DNA of 60,479 nucleotides, the filler included, from Basidioascus undulatus (lineage: Eukaryota): assembly GCA_000826855.1 (NCBI GenBank). It is 7 parts of 7 records of this genome, joined end to end, with 100 filler letters (N's around TTAATTAATTAA, not from the genome) between each part and the next. Parts side by side here need not be neighbours in the genome. Positions count along the whole stretch, not along the records: positions 34,157 to 60,479 come from JTLS01000191.1; 6 more parts are not named here. One strand, given 5' to 3'. The notes below the pieces were generated by a model that was not told where the DNA came from, searched no databases, and saw nothing but the letters and a program-made list of their open reading frames with translations. How positions within the stretch are numbered: the stretch's first letter is position 1; each line of letters starts with the position of its first letter. Shown in pieces: positions 39,835 through 52,886 of the stretch. The position numbers and the translations under genes are program-made.

Positions 39835-40629
39835 CAGTGTTGCGCGGTAGGGCGTTAGGTCGGGGGTAGGTCGTCCTACCTACCTCCCCCTACTTTCCCT
39901 TCCTACGCTTCAATTGGCGTAGAGGCAAGACAGCCCAAGGACGGGTCTGCCCCAGCGGTCGCCTCTTCCGCCGCACCCACACTACCTGCGTCAACGCAGT
40001 CATCGTCTCCGGTCTCCCCGGCACCCAAACACCCTCGGCAACGACCACGCCATCCCCGACATCAACGTCATCGACCGCCTCTTCAACGCTGTACTACACG
40101 CCGCCAGTCACATCTTCCGCGCCATCGAATCCACCCTCCGTCAAGCATCCGAGCGCCGTCTCATCCCTACATAGTCTAGTCTTCTCCTGCTGGTACAAAG
40201 CTTTCGCCCACCTGGTTTTGGTGCTGGCCCTTCCCCTTCTCCCTCCTGTATTCTACTCCTCCTGTTGCCCACTAGCGGCGTTGGATGCAGAGCTCTTAAC
40301 GCCTACCTAACCCCCGTATCGCCTTTCTTTGCCGATTCTCTGTCGCAGTTGGTCTTTCACCGTCTTCTCGCACTGCAGAGATTTTTAAGAACTTCTGATC
40401 CAGCTATGGTACACGATGGGAGGTTGAACGATGCGAAAGAACGCAAGGCTATTGAAATGTGAAGAGAACAAGGAGAGGTCAGCCTTGTCAGCGTCAGGTC
40501 CGTGCCCCACAGGCTCCGGCTGGGCACGGCCGGACCTACCAGGACCTACCCCCTACCGCCCTACCCCTACCGGGATAGTTAGAGTAAGAGCGTCCTAACC
40601 TACCGGGTAGGGGTAGGCGCGCAACACTG
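39835..40629. mobile_element. Non-autonomous TIR DNA transposon (hAT-like MITE), 795 bp
   Basis: Perfect 12-bp TIRs CAGTGTTGCGCG (39835-39846) / CGCGCAACACTG (40618-40629); dense subterminal CCTAC/GTAGG repeats at both ends; no transposase; no clean TSD. Confidence 0.75.
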
Positions 40630-40986
40630 CATAGGGAAGAGCGGAGGACGTTACCGTTCAGCCTTCGGAAAGCCCGCTCCGCTTCTTCACGAGGGCGGCG
40701 TGTGCTTATAAAGCCTGAATTTATGCAGCTAGACAACCGATTGATAAGAAATTATTAGCCGGTTGCTGTGGATGCTGGTTCACTTCCTTGCTATGCTTCG
40801 CTGCGTCCCCGAACAGTACGGCTAAGGGGTTGGTCGGACGCGCTATATGAGGTCCACTCCGAACAAGCAGACGCTTGTAGGCTTTCGCTCTCTACTTATT
40901 TTGTGTTGAGAACTAAGTTGCCCTAAGAATTCATTACAAAATCACTTGTCAAACAGCGCGACCACAGTCAGGTTGCCTTGCTCCTT

Positions 40987-42064
40987 TCACGGCAAACGAT
41001 GCGCCTTGCACCACTGCAAGTCCCATCCGCACACTGTATCAGCATTGGGAGCCACCATGTCATATTTTGATGTCATCTGCACACCTTCTTGTGGTTCGGC
41101 CAATTCTGGCGTTGGTGCGCGGCCGAGCAGTAGGTCGCCCCTCTGCAAGCCTGGCAAGTCCGCGTGCAAGGGACTCCGCAGACCTCGCACCATGCTGCTC
41201 GATGATCTTGTCCAAGCGAAGACATTGGTAATAATAGAATCTCCTGAACATCTCGTCGTCTTCTAGACCGAGAGATCGCTTGCCGGCGCTCAGAAGCTCG
41301 TAGCGCACAGCGGGAGGCTCGCCGAGGTGTGTGCTGGCGCAGGAGCGCGCGTATGAGGTCGTCGGGTACTGGCGGCAAAAGTACGCGATCGTTTGAGAAC
41401 TGCAGCCAGACGTCTGACTGATAGCAATGGGCAAAGCCGGACTGAGCATAACCAGCTCGATATATCTCACATACTGTCGCTAACGTGAGGGGCGAGAGGG
41501 TCGGGATTGACGATGCGCACGGCTGAGTCGGTCGCGCTGGGAGGTGAAGGGTGACACATCCGTCCGGACCAACCATTACAGCGGCTTCTTCCGGAATGCA
41601 CTTTCTTCTTCCGGAATGCACTTGTGCTTCCCAACTTCGATGACTTGGGGAGCGCGTCCAGCGAAAACGTCAACTATTCAATCGTCCCCGCACGGATTAT
41701 CTCGAACGGTTCTGGGACGGGCGGCGCGGGAGCCTCAGAACTCCAGACTACTAGACAGAGTATTTGGGACCGGGCGGAAACAGCGATCGAAGGTTGACGA
41801 AGCCGGTGCTGACGCTGCTACGGAGCAGGAGCGTGCGATCGAGGATGCGAACGATGATTATCAGCTCCCCTCGAACGAGGTCGTCCGCGAAGAGCTTTTC
41901 GATGTGTCCTTGACTTCCGATCATACCAGCGCCGTAAAGCGTCACTGCGAAGTCCTTTGGCACCAAGAGCCTGAGCTGATTAACGGTATCGCGGTGCCCT
42001 TCTGCGCTGCGATGACCCGTGGGTCATTCTCGTCAATGGTTTGGACACAGAATTGAAGAGACAT
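40987..42064 (-). pseudogene. zf-MYND family gene, degenerate copy C (tandem paralog of copy B)
   Basis: MSLQF...GAGMIGSQ...ILDRTLLLR...LGEP...WCEVCGVPCTRTCQACRGATYCSAAHQRQNWPNHKK|WCKAHRLP*; stops and frameshifts. Confidence 0.75.
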
Positions 42065-42817
42065 GATGAGCTCTTCATGAGCGGCGTGGATGACCTAGTT
42101 GATATCGGTGATAGTGGTGGTCGGCGACAGAGGAGGATCAGCCCGCAGAACCGACATTTCCATCCTCTGTGTTCAGCTCACGGGCCGCCAGGGGTCTTCT
42201 CCGTGAACAAAGAAAAAAAAAACCCTGCATTCATAAGTTCAGTTCTCGAATCTCCCGAGGACCACAGTGGCCGTTAGTCTGGATGGGCCGCTCGATAAAT
42301 TTCCTACAGTGTTCACGCCTGTACGCGAAATGCAACACGCAAATGCAACGCGCAAACTGATGGGACTCTCTCAATATAATCTGCAGTCTTCCGCCTCATA
42401 CTTCTGATCGCAGAAGACTATTGCTTAAGCGGCAATATGCTGCTTCTGAGCGAGTTCTCTGGCGCTGCATCAAAGTTCCATCTTTCTGTTTTGACTGGCA
42501 GTCAGTCTTTTGACGACTTTCCACCAGGTCTGCAATTTCAGTCGCATCTTGGCCGCCGACATCTCTCCCGCCCTTGCCGACGATGTCCCGGCAAGTGAAC
42601 CCGACCAGGCCGAGCAGAGTCTGGCCTCGGAGCGTAGCGCAGGCAGACGGTGCGAGCGGGGATCGGGTCAAACGCCACCATGCATTCACATGCGTAAGCG
42701 AGGTGAAGTAAGGAAGTAGGGTGGGTATCAAATGCGATGGGCGTGGTGGTACAATGCGAAATGCAACAAGCGAAGAGCGATTAGGAAGTGTAGTTAGGGG
42801 TATTAGCGGCGAATAGA

Positions 42818-43787
42818 TTAATAGTATTCAATTTCGAGCTGCGGGTCAGAACGAGTGGGAAATGGGTGTGAGCCATGTCGGGAAGAAGATCGCGGACGGG
42901 GTGGGATGGCCGGAACGCACGAAGAGGAACGCGACTGATCGAGGGTTAAGGACGTTCAGGCCGGCAAGGTTGAAGATGTCGCGGTTGAGGACGTCTATTG
43001 TTCTGTCGAGCTTTTCAAGCTCCTTCATACACGTGCCGCCAAGGTCAGCCCCGTGCGGGAGAGATAAAAGGACAGGGGGGAAACTGACCCGCTCGAAGTG
43101 GGATTTGCGGATGAGGGGGAGGATGTAGAGAGTGAGGATGGCGAGCGTGTGATCGAGCGCTGCGGGCCAGAGCGCGAAGGCGGAGAGGAGACGCGCGTTG
43201 ATCTCGTTGATCGCGTATTGGAAGTCGGTGGGCGTTATCTGGTGTGGGGGGGTTGGATGTGTCGAAGTCAGATTGCGTTCATCGCAACATGTCCAGTTGT
43301 GGTCTTCCTCCAAGTCTCCATGACATTCTGTGACGCAGTCGAGATCCGAAAGACTCACCCGACCTTCGAGCTCCAGGGGATAGCTCGGAAAGAACTGCCA
43401 GACCTCCCCGCCGGTGTAGTCCCTCTCGACCCTAACCATCTCCCTCGGCAGGTCCTTCCCCACCACACCCACAGGATCCGTCCCGAACGCAGCGAACTTC
43501 CCGCCTGTGGGGACAGCGGCGGAGAGGCTGTAGGCGGAGCGCGCGGGCTGGGGGTTCTTCTCGTGCGTGGGGGAGGCGGACGCGAGCGGGTGGTCCGCGA
43601 GCGAGGACGCCGAGGACGCGGTCGCTAGCCCTGGGTGCGTCTCGGGCGCGCCTGTTGAGAGTGTGTGCTCCACTTCGTCCCCGCGCAGGACCTCGGGCGC
43701 GTCGAAGATTGATGAGCGAGGGGAGGAGGAAGCGTCGTGCGAGTGCGAATGGGACGGGTGCGTCGGTGAGCGCTCGGAGCTCGGCAT
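42818..43787 (-). CDS. ERF4: Golgin A7/ERF4 family Ras palmitoyltransferase accessory subunit
   Basis: PREMVRVERDYTGGEVWQFFPSYPLELEGR, INEINARL, LNPRSVAFLF|LEIEYY*. Confidence 0.88.
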
Positions 43788-44156
43788 CGCTTTGGTCGAG
43801 CGAGGAAAAGCGATGCAATTATTTTGTTTTTTGTGCAATTACGCTGTTTGGTGAGCGGTTGAATTAGGCGGATTGGACGGTAGGCGTCAAAAGTGTAAAG
43901 GGAAGCGTGCTGGGAAGGAGAACAAGGTGCGGTTGAAGGTTGAAGGCCCGGGCTGTCCTCCTGACAACTGAGTCTTGACAGCTAGGTGCAGGATATCCGT
44001 ACTGGACAGAACTCCCACGAAGACCTAAATTGAATCACCCAGCGGCTTATCCATCTCGAGTTTCCCTCTTCGTTCCTCATCTTTCTTCTGAAATATCATC
44101 ACCAAATCACCCACCAACCCCCCCTCGAGCCGCACCATCCTCCCGAAGCCGACACG

Positions 44157-45398
44157 ATGCCCTCCAGCCTCCCCTCGCACGCCTCCAAGATCCTCACCTC
44201 CCTGCACCCCTCAGCCTCCTTCTCCCTCTCCTCCTCCGGGCAGATCACGCTCTCCCCCCCCGGCCCAACCTACCTCTATAAGACCTCCCCCTCGCCCGCC
44301 CTGCAACTCCTGGGCGAGGCAGCCTCCCTCGAGCACCTCACTACCGCCGCCCCCGGTCTGGCGCCGGCGCTGCTCGGGCAGGGCGAGGACGACGGGCACG
44401 GGCACGCGTGGACGCTTAGCGAGTGGCACAAGCTTAGTCGCGGGCTGGACGATGCGCGCCGCAGGCAGCTGGCGCGTAGGTTGGCGGGCGAGGTGCATGG
44501 GCATACGAGCGAGAATGGGAAGTTTGGGTTTGAGAGGCCGACGCACTGCGGGGAAACAGAGCAGGTGAGTTGTCGGTCTGCGAGGGTCTCGAATGCGCCG
44601 GTCGGAGCTGATGAGAGACGGATCTGGTGCGACAGGACAATACCTGGGAAGACAGCTGGGCCGAGTTCTGGGGCAAGCGGCGCATCGGGGATTTCGTGGA
44701 CCGTATCGCAGGGAAGGATGGGAAGGGCGATCGAGAGCTGTGGAAAGCCGGGCGGGACATAGTAGAGCGGTAATTCATGACAACCAACTCCCGCAGTGCT
44801 CCCCGCTGACGCTCAAGCGACGCAGCGTCGTCCCCGCCCTGCTCGGCAAGCTTGACATCAAGCCCGCGCTCCTGCACGGCGACCTCTGGTCTGGCAACGC
44901 CTCCTACTCCGTGACGTCAGACTCGCCGCTCGTCTTCGACGCTTGTTCCTACTATGGGTGCGCTTGCCACGCACCCAGACTTCCTTTGGCACTTCTGACT
45001 CTCGGCTCATTGTGTCAGGCACAACGAAGCGGAGCTCGGCATAATGCGCATGTTCGGAGGGTTCGGACCGGCATTCTTCGAGGAGTACCATAAGGTCTTG
45101 CCGAAGACGGAGCCGGCGGAGGAGTACGAGCAGCGCGTCGATTTGTATGAGCTGTACCATGTACGTTGCTGCTCTTTCACATTCCCCTTCGGCTTTTAGA
45201 CCATCGCTGACCGCACTGACCCTTGAAAAGCATTTGAACCACACGCTCATCTTCGGGGTGCGTGCAAATAAGGCGTTTACACGATCTGGCTGATGTACAG
45301 GCTGACGCGGGTGGACATGCACAAAGGGCTCTTACCGCTCCGGCGCGATGCGGTTGATGAACCGCCTGCTGGCTTGGGCGGATAAGAACGGGGTTTAA
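44157..45398 (+). CDS. FN3K: Fructosamine/ketosamine-3-kinase family protein
   Basis: KFGFERPTHCGETEQDNTW, PALLHGDLWSGN, FDACSYYGHNEAELGIMRMFGGF, LYELYHHLNH. Confidence 0.93.
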
Positions 45399-46321
45399 AT
45401 TTCCAATTTCTTTGGACGGATTGAACTCGATAGATACTGGATTGATGTAGAACTCACATAGCACTTGAATGGTTGATGCAGCTCGCGGTCAAATTGAACT
45501 CAGTAGGCCTGGGCTGTGCAGACCCACTGCTCTTTTTGGAACTTGTAAGAATTATATGACCCCTACAAGTGTTCCAGCGGGCGGCTCTTCAATTTCCGCT
45601 GCGCCCACTCGCACAGCCGAGGCACTTGCGAACTCGACTGGATTGGCTGCCGAAATTCACTGAAACTTCAGTGTCACTCTCTGTCTCGCTTAATTCTTCT
45701 CTAACCAGCACTGCCCATAATTAACAGTCCAAATACATAAATATCCAATCCCCTCGTGAAAGCCATCCGACTGTGAGGAATGTGTGGATCAAGCTCGCAG
45801 CTTGATTCCCATCCCCGATCCACTCCCGTCGTCTAACTAAACCCCTAACAGATCGGACTTTCTATACTAAAAGTTTTCCAACACCTTTCCATTTGCACAT
45901 TGTCTGATCAAGCATGTTATAGGCATTGCAACACCGTGGATACAAACAAGCAAAACTCTCAGTCTAGGCTCAATAGAGACCGTGATCGTTCCTGCATTTC
46001 TTTTTCACACCTAGATCGACCATTTGCATAGCTCAATATTCTCCATTCAGTAACTTTCATGCGGTGAAATGGTCGTCTCTATGCACTGCACCCATAGCGA
46101 GTCGCAGTCAGTTGACAAACGGCGCTCGGTTGGGAGCGGCCGATTTCAGCTTGGTGCCGACGGCCGGAGGTCGCGCCGGGTCGCCTTCTCTCGCCGCCCG
46201 TTGCAAGTTGCTTCCCCACACCGCTCTGATTCGACGCTCGTTATCTTTCGCTCTTCCTCCTCTCAGTCTACCCCTTCGCCCCGCGTGATACCCTCCCCAA
46301 CCGAGTTCGAACCCAACGACG

Positions 46322-48359
46322 ATGTTCCGCCGCGCGCTCCGCCCCGCTTCCTCGGCGCTCAAGGCCGCCCGGGCGTCCCCTGCCCCTGCGCTCAGGGCGT
46401 ACGCGACTCACGGCGTTACCAGGGACCCTATGACTGGCGAGCTCACGGGCCTGCCTAATATCGACGTGAGTGGGGGGATCTATGCCCCGTGAGGGTGAAG
46501 CGATGTGGCTGAAGTGTGAGTGGGAGGGCAGGTCTCCAAGTTGGTGGTGTCCAAGACGGAGACGCCCAAGCTCGTTCCCCCCAGCGAGACGCTGCGCTTC
46601 GGCCGTACGTGCAAATCTACGAGCCATCAAAGGAGCTGGGTGAACTGAAGAGGTCCGAACAGACACCTTCTCCGACCACATGCTCTCCATCAACTGGAAC
46701 AGCGGCAGCGGGTGGAAGGCGCCCGTCATTGGGCCCTACGCCCCGCTCGTGCTGGACCCGAGCGCTGTCATCTTCCACGTGAGCACCCTCATCATTCTTG
46801 GGAGTACTGTACCGGGAGTTGGTGCTGATCTAGGGAGTGCTTTGTAGTACGCGCCGACGCTGTTCGAGGGCATGAAGGTCCGTCACGCGACCACGTCTTC
46901 TCTCTTCGACGCTTGCCACATGCTGAATGGCCGACCCACTGTTCGTCCAGGCGTACAGGGACGCTGAGGGCAGGGTCCGGCTCTTCCGGCCAGACATGAA
47001 CATGGCACGGATGAACCGCTCTGCCGCGCGCGCTGCTCTCCCGTGTGTCCCCTCTCACCCACGCACGCTCAGCCCCCCTTCGCTATCTGCTCAAAACTGA
47101 ACTCCTCACGCACCCCACAGCACCTTCAACGGCGACGCGCTCATCTCGCTCATTCGGCAGCTGGTCCTGCTCGACCAGCACTGGATCCCCTCCGCGCCGG
47201 GCCACTCGCTCTACATCCGCCCCACGCTCATCGGCACGCAGACCGCGCTCGGCGTCGGACCCTCCACGGACGCTCTCCTCTTCGTCATCTGCTCCCCCGT
47301 CGGGCCGTACTACAAGAACGGCTTCAAGCCCGTCAGCCTGCTTGCGACCAGCGACAAGGTCCGCGCGTGGCCCGGCGGCACGGGCGGGTACAAGCTCGGT
47401 GCGTGCGGTTGTTTCTGGAATGTGGGACTAGGAGTGGGAAGATGGGTGCTGACGGGGTGGGGGCGCACGGTGGATAGGCAGCAACTACGTCCAGGGTGTC
47501 GCGCCCCAGATCGAGGCTGCTAAGCTCGGCTACGACCAGAACCTTTGGCTGTTCGGCGAGGACCATCAGCTGACGGAGGTGCGCTCGCTGCCCATCTCTT
47601 TCTCAATGCCGGGCATTTTTCTGACGTCTCTGTCCAATCTGCACAGGTCGGCACTATGAACCTCTTTGTTGTGATCGAGAACGCGGACGGCAGTAAGCAC
47701 TGTCACTTCCAAGACGCTTGTTCGCGAGCCCAGTTACTGATCAGTCTCGTTCCGCAGCTCCGGAGCTCATCACCCCTCCCCTTGGGGACATGATTCTTCC
47801 TGGTGCGCTTCCGCTCTGCTGCCCGTTCAGCCCATTCACAGCGGCGGTCCTCTGACTCCTACCCCTACCCATCCAGGTGTCACCCGCGACTCGATCCTCT
47901 CCCTCGCGCGCGACCCCGTCCTGGAGCTCAAGGAGCGCCTCCCGTCGAACCTCAAGGTCTCCGAGCGCCAGATCACGATGCCCGAGCTCGCCGCGCTCGC
48001 GGAGAAGGGCAAGCTGCTCGAGTGCTTCGGCGCGGGCACTGCAGCTATCGTGCGTCACTCCCCTTCTTCTCCCCCCACTGTCCAATATAGCACAGGGGAA
48101 CTGACTCTGGGAGTCGAATTCTGGGTATCAGGTCAGCCCGGTGGAGCGCATCGGGTTCGAGAGCAAGGACATCGCGGTGCCAGTGGGCTCGGACGGGCTC
48201 GGCGACGTCGCGCGGGCGATGATGGAGACGATCGTGGGCATTCGTGAGTCTACACCAGCACCCCCTTAGCCCCTTCCGACCCATAAGACGCATCTATGCT
48301 AACCACCGCTGTACCCAGAGCTCGGCAAGATCGACCACCCGTGGAGCATCGTTTGCTGA
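46322..48359 (+). CDS. BAT1: Branched-chain amino acid aminotransferase, mitochondrial
   Basis: Arg-rich presequence MFRRALRP...[75 protein letters not shown]. Confidence 0.95.
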
Positions 48360-48800
48360 ACGGGTCCATCCAGGCAGCAGAGACGGAGTTGGGCGGGATG
48401 AATTTGTATACTATTTACAGCGGGGGGTGCTGCACTTGCTTTCGCTTTCCTGGGCTTTTCGGTACCGCAATGGACATTCTTGCTTGCATAGATGCGACGC
48501 CGGTTTGTGGGGTGCTGGCTGTTTGGAGACTGCAGGGCTGGTGCGAATGAAGATGATGCACTTTCGCACTGTTAGAGATCAACATCGATGTCCAGACGCG
48601 GTATATTTGACCTGAGTGAAAGATTTCGCAACTTTCGTCGCTGTAACACACGCGCAGTCGTGCACCGGGAAGCTGCAATAAGCCCAGGCAGCGGACCCCC
48701 GCCGTGTTTCTGCCACACTTATCTGCAGAACCTGGCCAAATTCTAATTATCGATTCCAAACGACCTGTGGTCTGCGGTGGTAGACGCAGCTTCCCTAGCC

Positions 48801-49814
48801 TCACGACCCGCGAATGATGTAAAATGAGATGGTGCTCTGCATAACTTGCCCAACCCCTCCCGCTTCCCAACGCTCCTTCACTTCCAGCTCCAGCGCCGCT
48901 CCTCCTTCCCCTCGACAGAAATCAACGGAACCGTCGTCCAGCCCGTCCCCGCTCTCCCTGACCTTCTCCTTCTTGTCCAGCTCTGCCAATCCCAAGTATC
49001 CCAGCTCTTCGTACGGGACTGGCTCATCGAGCTCATAATCGTGCTTGGTCGGCGTCGGGAGCGGGTGGACGTACGAGGTGTATCTGTCGCGCTGCAGAAG
49101 AGGTTTGGGGGAGGCGGAGTCGCGATGGGGGATGCTATCCTCTGGAGAGTCTGGAAAATGAAAAATTCAAGTAAATGGTCATGAGTTCAGCAGCGATGGG
49201 TGTGTAGGTGAAGAGGAAGAAGTGCGCACAGCCTTGGCATGCAAGGCAGCGATTCTGCAGGATGCGCCAGACCATGAAGCCGACGAGGCCCATGAGAAGC
49301 AATCCTACCCGATTTCTCACAGGTGTTAGCAAATAAACACAACCACCGCTCCACCTAGCACGCACCGCCGAGGATCACGCCCACCACTGCCCCCGGGGAA
49401 CGCCTTCACTTCCTTCTCGCCGCCCTGCAGCGTCGGGGAAACTGTCGGGGGTTGGGATTCCGGCGCAGACGAGGTGGTGTGGGGAGGGACTGAGGCCACA
49501 TTCTCGCTTGAGCTCGGAAACTCCAACGATTCCAGGACAACGGGCGTTGTAAAGCTTGGGAGGGCGACAGACACGTCCAGTGGCGGCATCGGAGTCGCAG
49601 ACAGCTGGGTCGACGGGACCGAAATCGCGGGGAGCTCAGGAGAAGCAATGGACTTGATGCGTGAGTAGAAGATGAGGGGCCTATTCAAAGCTTCGGTCAA
49701 AGTCTTGGAGGTGAGGGCAGGACGCAAGAAGCTGTACAGGCACGGCACGGGCATCACGGCGTGCGGGGAGCACTCCCGCCCGGCCCATCTGTGGCTGTGA
49801 TAGGGAACCATCAC
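48801..49814 (-). CDS. Hypothetical single-pass membrane protein with Ser/Pro/Thr-rich region (start uncertain)
   Basis: S/P/T-rich exon, GTGCGT..CTAAC intron, TM VGLLLMGLVGFMVW, acidic tail exon. Confidence 0.4.
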
Positions 49815-50091
49815 GCTTACACCAAGAACTTAGGCAAGTGCCGATTCTGGTATCTTATTCTTCACCTTGATTTAATGACATCCCTGGCAGCACCACCTCC
49901 AGCCACACTGGACGTCAGCCCACTGGGCGTCTGGAACAATGCGGTCCTGAGGGAAAGATGGTGCGCAACATCAGAGGCCGCATGAAAGTCACTCAGCTGT
50001 GCTTGTTTCCAGTGTAGGTGTAGAAATTGCGATCGTGTTAAGAGGACTTCCCAGATTTGTTCCTTTAGTTAATTGAACTGTAGAATGGTAG

Positions 50092-50182
50092 GACCAGATG
50101 GCCGAGTGGTTAAGGCGACAGACTAGAATATTCTAACATCTGTTGGGCTCTGCCCGCGTAGGTTCAAATCCTGCTCTGGTCG
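50092..50182 (+). tRNA. tRNA-Ser(AGA) with 9-nt intron (50129-50137)
   Basis: Acceptor GACCAGA/TCTGGTC-G, A-box TGGCCGAGTGG, anticodon stem ACAGA/TCTGT, long variable arm, B-box GGTTCAAATCC, T6 Pol III terminator at 50185-50190. Confidence 0.96.
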
Positions 50183-50959
50183 CATTTTTTGCCATCTCTT
50201 TTGGGCCTGATTTATCGGCGGCTTTGGTTGAGTAGGCCGTTATCTTGAGACATCGCCTCCTTCGAGAACATTGTGTACTACTACCACATTTGCTTTTGTC
50301 GGGTAGCCCAAGAAGAGAAAGTCGAGGCCAAGCCTCATTAAACCAGAAAAGCCGCGTTCTTTGTTTATCCCCGGTGAAAGGCGTGATCTTGCCTATGCAT
50401 TCAGCTGTGCTCTTTCCTTGCCCTGTCTTGCGCGCAATGTCCCTCTTCAAAGCTGTTCTAGTATTTGGCTTAGGTGCCGCTTCGCCTACAACACAAGGGG
50501 CACCACATTTAATTGTCGAATGGCAATCCCTTCCAATTCTAAAGAGCAAGCAATTCAAAGTCTGACGACGGTCGTAATGCAGTGATACGTGCAGGTTGTC
50601 CAATATCATGAGCTCTGAGCTCTGCGGTCAGTCAATATTGACGCAGTGAAAAGTTTGCACATCTGCTAGCATTTCATTGCAAAGTTCTGTATCAAAGTGA
50701 CTGTTTCCCGTTGCATTACATTTTGATTAACTATATGTGATGTTGGAATAACATGTAGTCGAATGAAATAGAGGGGTAACGAAAGTGAGGGCATGTGATC
50801 CGAATCCGAAAGAATGGAAGGGAGTGTCCATGCAATGCTTCTTGTGCGTTCAAAAGGAGAGTCGTTTACTGGTAGAGGTAGTCGGGGTCGGCGACGGGAA
50901 CAAAGGCCGGGCCAGCGACTGGCGAGGAGCGTGGAGGCTCAGTGTCGAGCACGAACAAA

Positions 50960-51960
50960 TACGGCAACATTGAGGGATTACGTACCGACGTTGCTGTCCT
51001 CGATGGCGTCTACAATATTGACCGGAGCGCATGATGAAAAGCTTAAGAAACGTACAAAAGTCCACCGCAAGCTTCTTATTGCGGACGAGCCACGGCTTCA
51101 AGTGCTTGATCCACGCCGAGTCAGGCGAAGTATAGACCATCCCTTGGAATCCGATATCTGAGTAAAACACAAAGAACCAATTCGCCGCTGGTTCGGAACC
51201 CCCTTCAGCAACTGCTGGGCTGCGCTTACCCTTGTACAACCAGATCGTCCACGAGACCGGGCTTTCGTAGTCGTCCTGAAAAATCCCGGTGTCAGCTTCC
51301 CCTCCGGGGGAAAATGTTGCTTAAGTATGGACTAACGTAGTACGTCAGCTGATCTTTGAGAGCTGCGTAGCGGTCTTGATTGATCTTTTCCCAGTCGGCG
51401 CCGTCCCAGTCCTCGGTTGCATAGACCTGTAGACGCGTATACGGCCAGAGAGGTAAGTACTTCAAAGGGTTGGGAGCCCATATTATCCGATATGTGAGTC
51501 CACTCACCGGGCCGAATTCGCCTTGATAGGGTCGGTTTAGTGGCAGTATGAAAGACCGCACGCCCTGAACGTTGAGTCTTACCGTGCCAGATGGGAACAC
51601 CATGCTTCCGCACTGCGTCCGAGACGTGTAAGCTTTTTAGGGGTCTTTATACCGCATAAGTGCCGAAAGGCTCACTGTACTCGGTCTTGCGGTCGAAGTC
51701 CTTGCGGACCTTAGCTTTGTCTTCAGCGGAACCCGTAAAAGGCTTGCCCGTAGGGAAGCCAAACATCTGAGGGAATCCAAACATTTGGGGGTAGCTTGAC
51801 CTGTCAGCACAGTAGCTGGATTAGAGGGAGGTTATAACATCATACCAAGTAGCGTAGACCGAGTTACGGCGGGCCGAACTGCGTCAAGTCGGCCGCAAAC
51901 GTGTTGCCGTCTGTGTAGCCAGCGTTTCGGACGTGTTCTTGCTCTCTGGTATGCCCCGTT
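50960..51960 (-). pseudogene. Unidentified spliced gene or pseudogene (bounds approximate)
   Basis: Several GT..AG intron-like segments separate protein-like exons (YPQMFGFPQMFGFP...; VYATEDWDGADWEK...; SWTIWLYKG...WFFVFYSDIG); no intact start found. Confidence 0.35.
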
Positions 51961-52098
51961 TAGCATTTTGCCCAGCCAGTCATGGTCGCCGCTGACTTCA
52001 CGTCTACCAGGCGTCGTCTTCGTACTTAGGCTTTAGGGCATAGCATGTCTCTCTATCTCTTATGATCTAGTAGTGTCTAATACCTAATAAAGTACACC

Positions 52099-52886
52099 TT
52101 GTCCTATAGCTTCTTCCAGCTGGCTGGCTTCCCCGAGTCTGAATCTTTTAGCCGCGGCCTGGGCGTATCTGCACTCGGCATCGCCGGCAATCTCTGCTCC
52201 TTCTGGACGGTCAACCGCTTTGGTCGCCGATCAATGTGGCTCTGGGGCCTCGACTGCCTCGTCGTATGCCTCTTCTTGGTCGGCATCCTCAGTCTCGTAC
52301 CGGGCAGCAAGGCGAAACTGGCCATGGCGTCATCCACGCTTGTCTACAACTTTTTCTGTGAGTTTCTTTCGCGTTTGCCCAGATGCCTGTCTGACTCCCG
52401 ATGCCTCAAAAGATTTTGCCACCATCGGTCCGATGGGTTACGTGTTGTACTCCTCGAGATCCCTTCCGCCGGGTTGCGTTTTAAGTCGGTCGGCCTCGGA
52501 TATCTAACGAACACTGTTATGGGAACTGTGATGGTGCGCAGTCTTCGAACAAGCCTCAACGTCAAAATTCATCTACTTGCGAAGATCACGCGGGCACAGA
52601 ACGTCGCCATCCCTACCTTGTACACCCTGACGAGGCGGACTTGGGCGGCAAAGTGGGCTTCATCTTCGGCGGCCTGGCGGCACTCTCATTCGGTAAGCTT
52701 AGTCCAAGCATTTATGTATACTCTGATTTATTACAAATCCGCCATTACCTACAGCCTGGTCTTGGTTCAACATACCCGAGACAGCCAACCGGACGTTCGA
52801 CGAGCTGGACACTCTCTTCCTGCATCACGTCTTGCCACGACACTTCGCTCGGACTGGTGAAGCAGCTTGTCCAGTCCAAGTCCCAA
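52099..52886 (+). pseudogene. C-terminal half of a sugar porter (maltose/alpha-glucoside permease-like) MFS gene
   Basis: FFQLAG, NRFGRRSMWLWG, TIGPMGYV..EIPS..LRFKSVGL, DEADLGGKVGFIFGG, PETANRTFDELDTLF; introns retained, at least two frameshifts, no N-terminal half. Confidence 0.85.

Noticed and set aside
45788..45806. 8-bp hairpin ATCAAGCT-CGC-AGCTTGAT
   Set aside because: It is isolated, has no CTRR end or RNA-gene context, and is expected by chance.
51400..51800. Loose resemblance of SYPQ...ILPLNRPYQGEFGP to RNase T1/N1
   Set aside because: The catalytic His/Glu/Arg/His residues are not identifiable.
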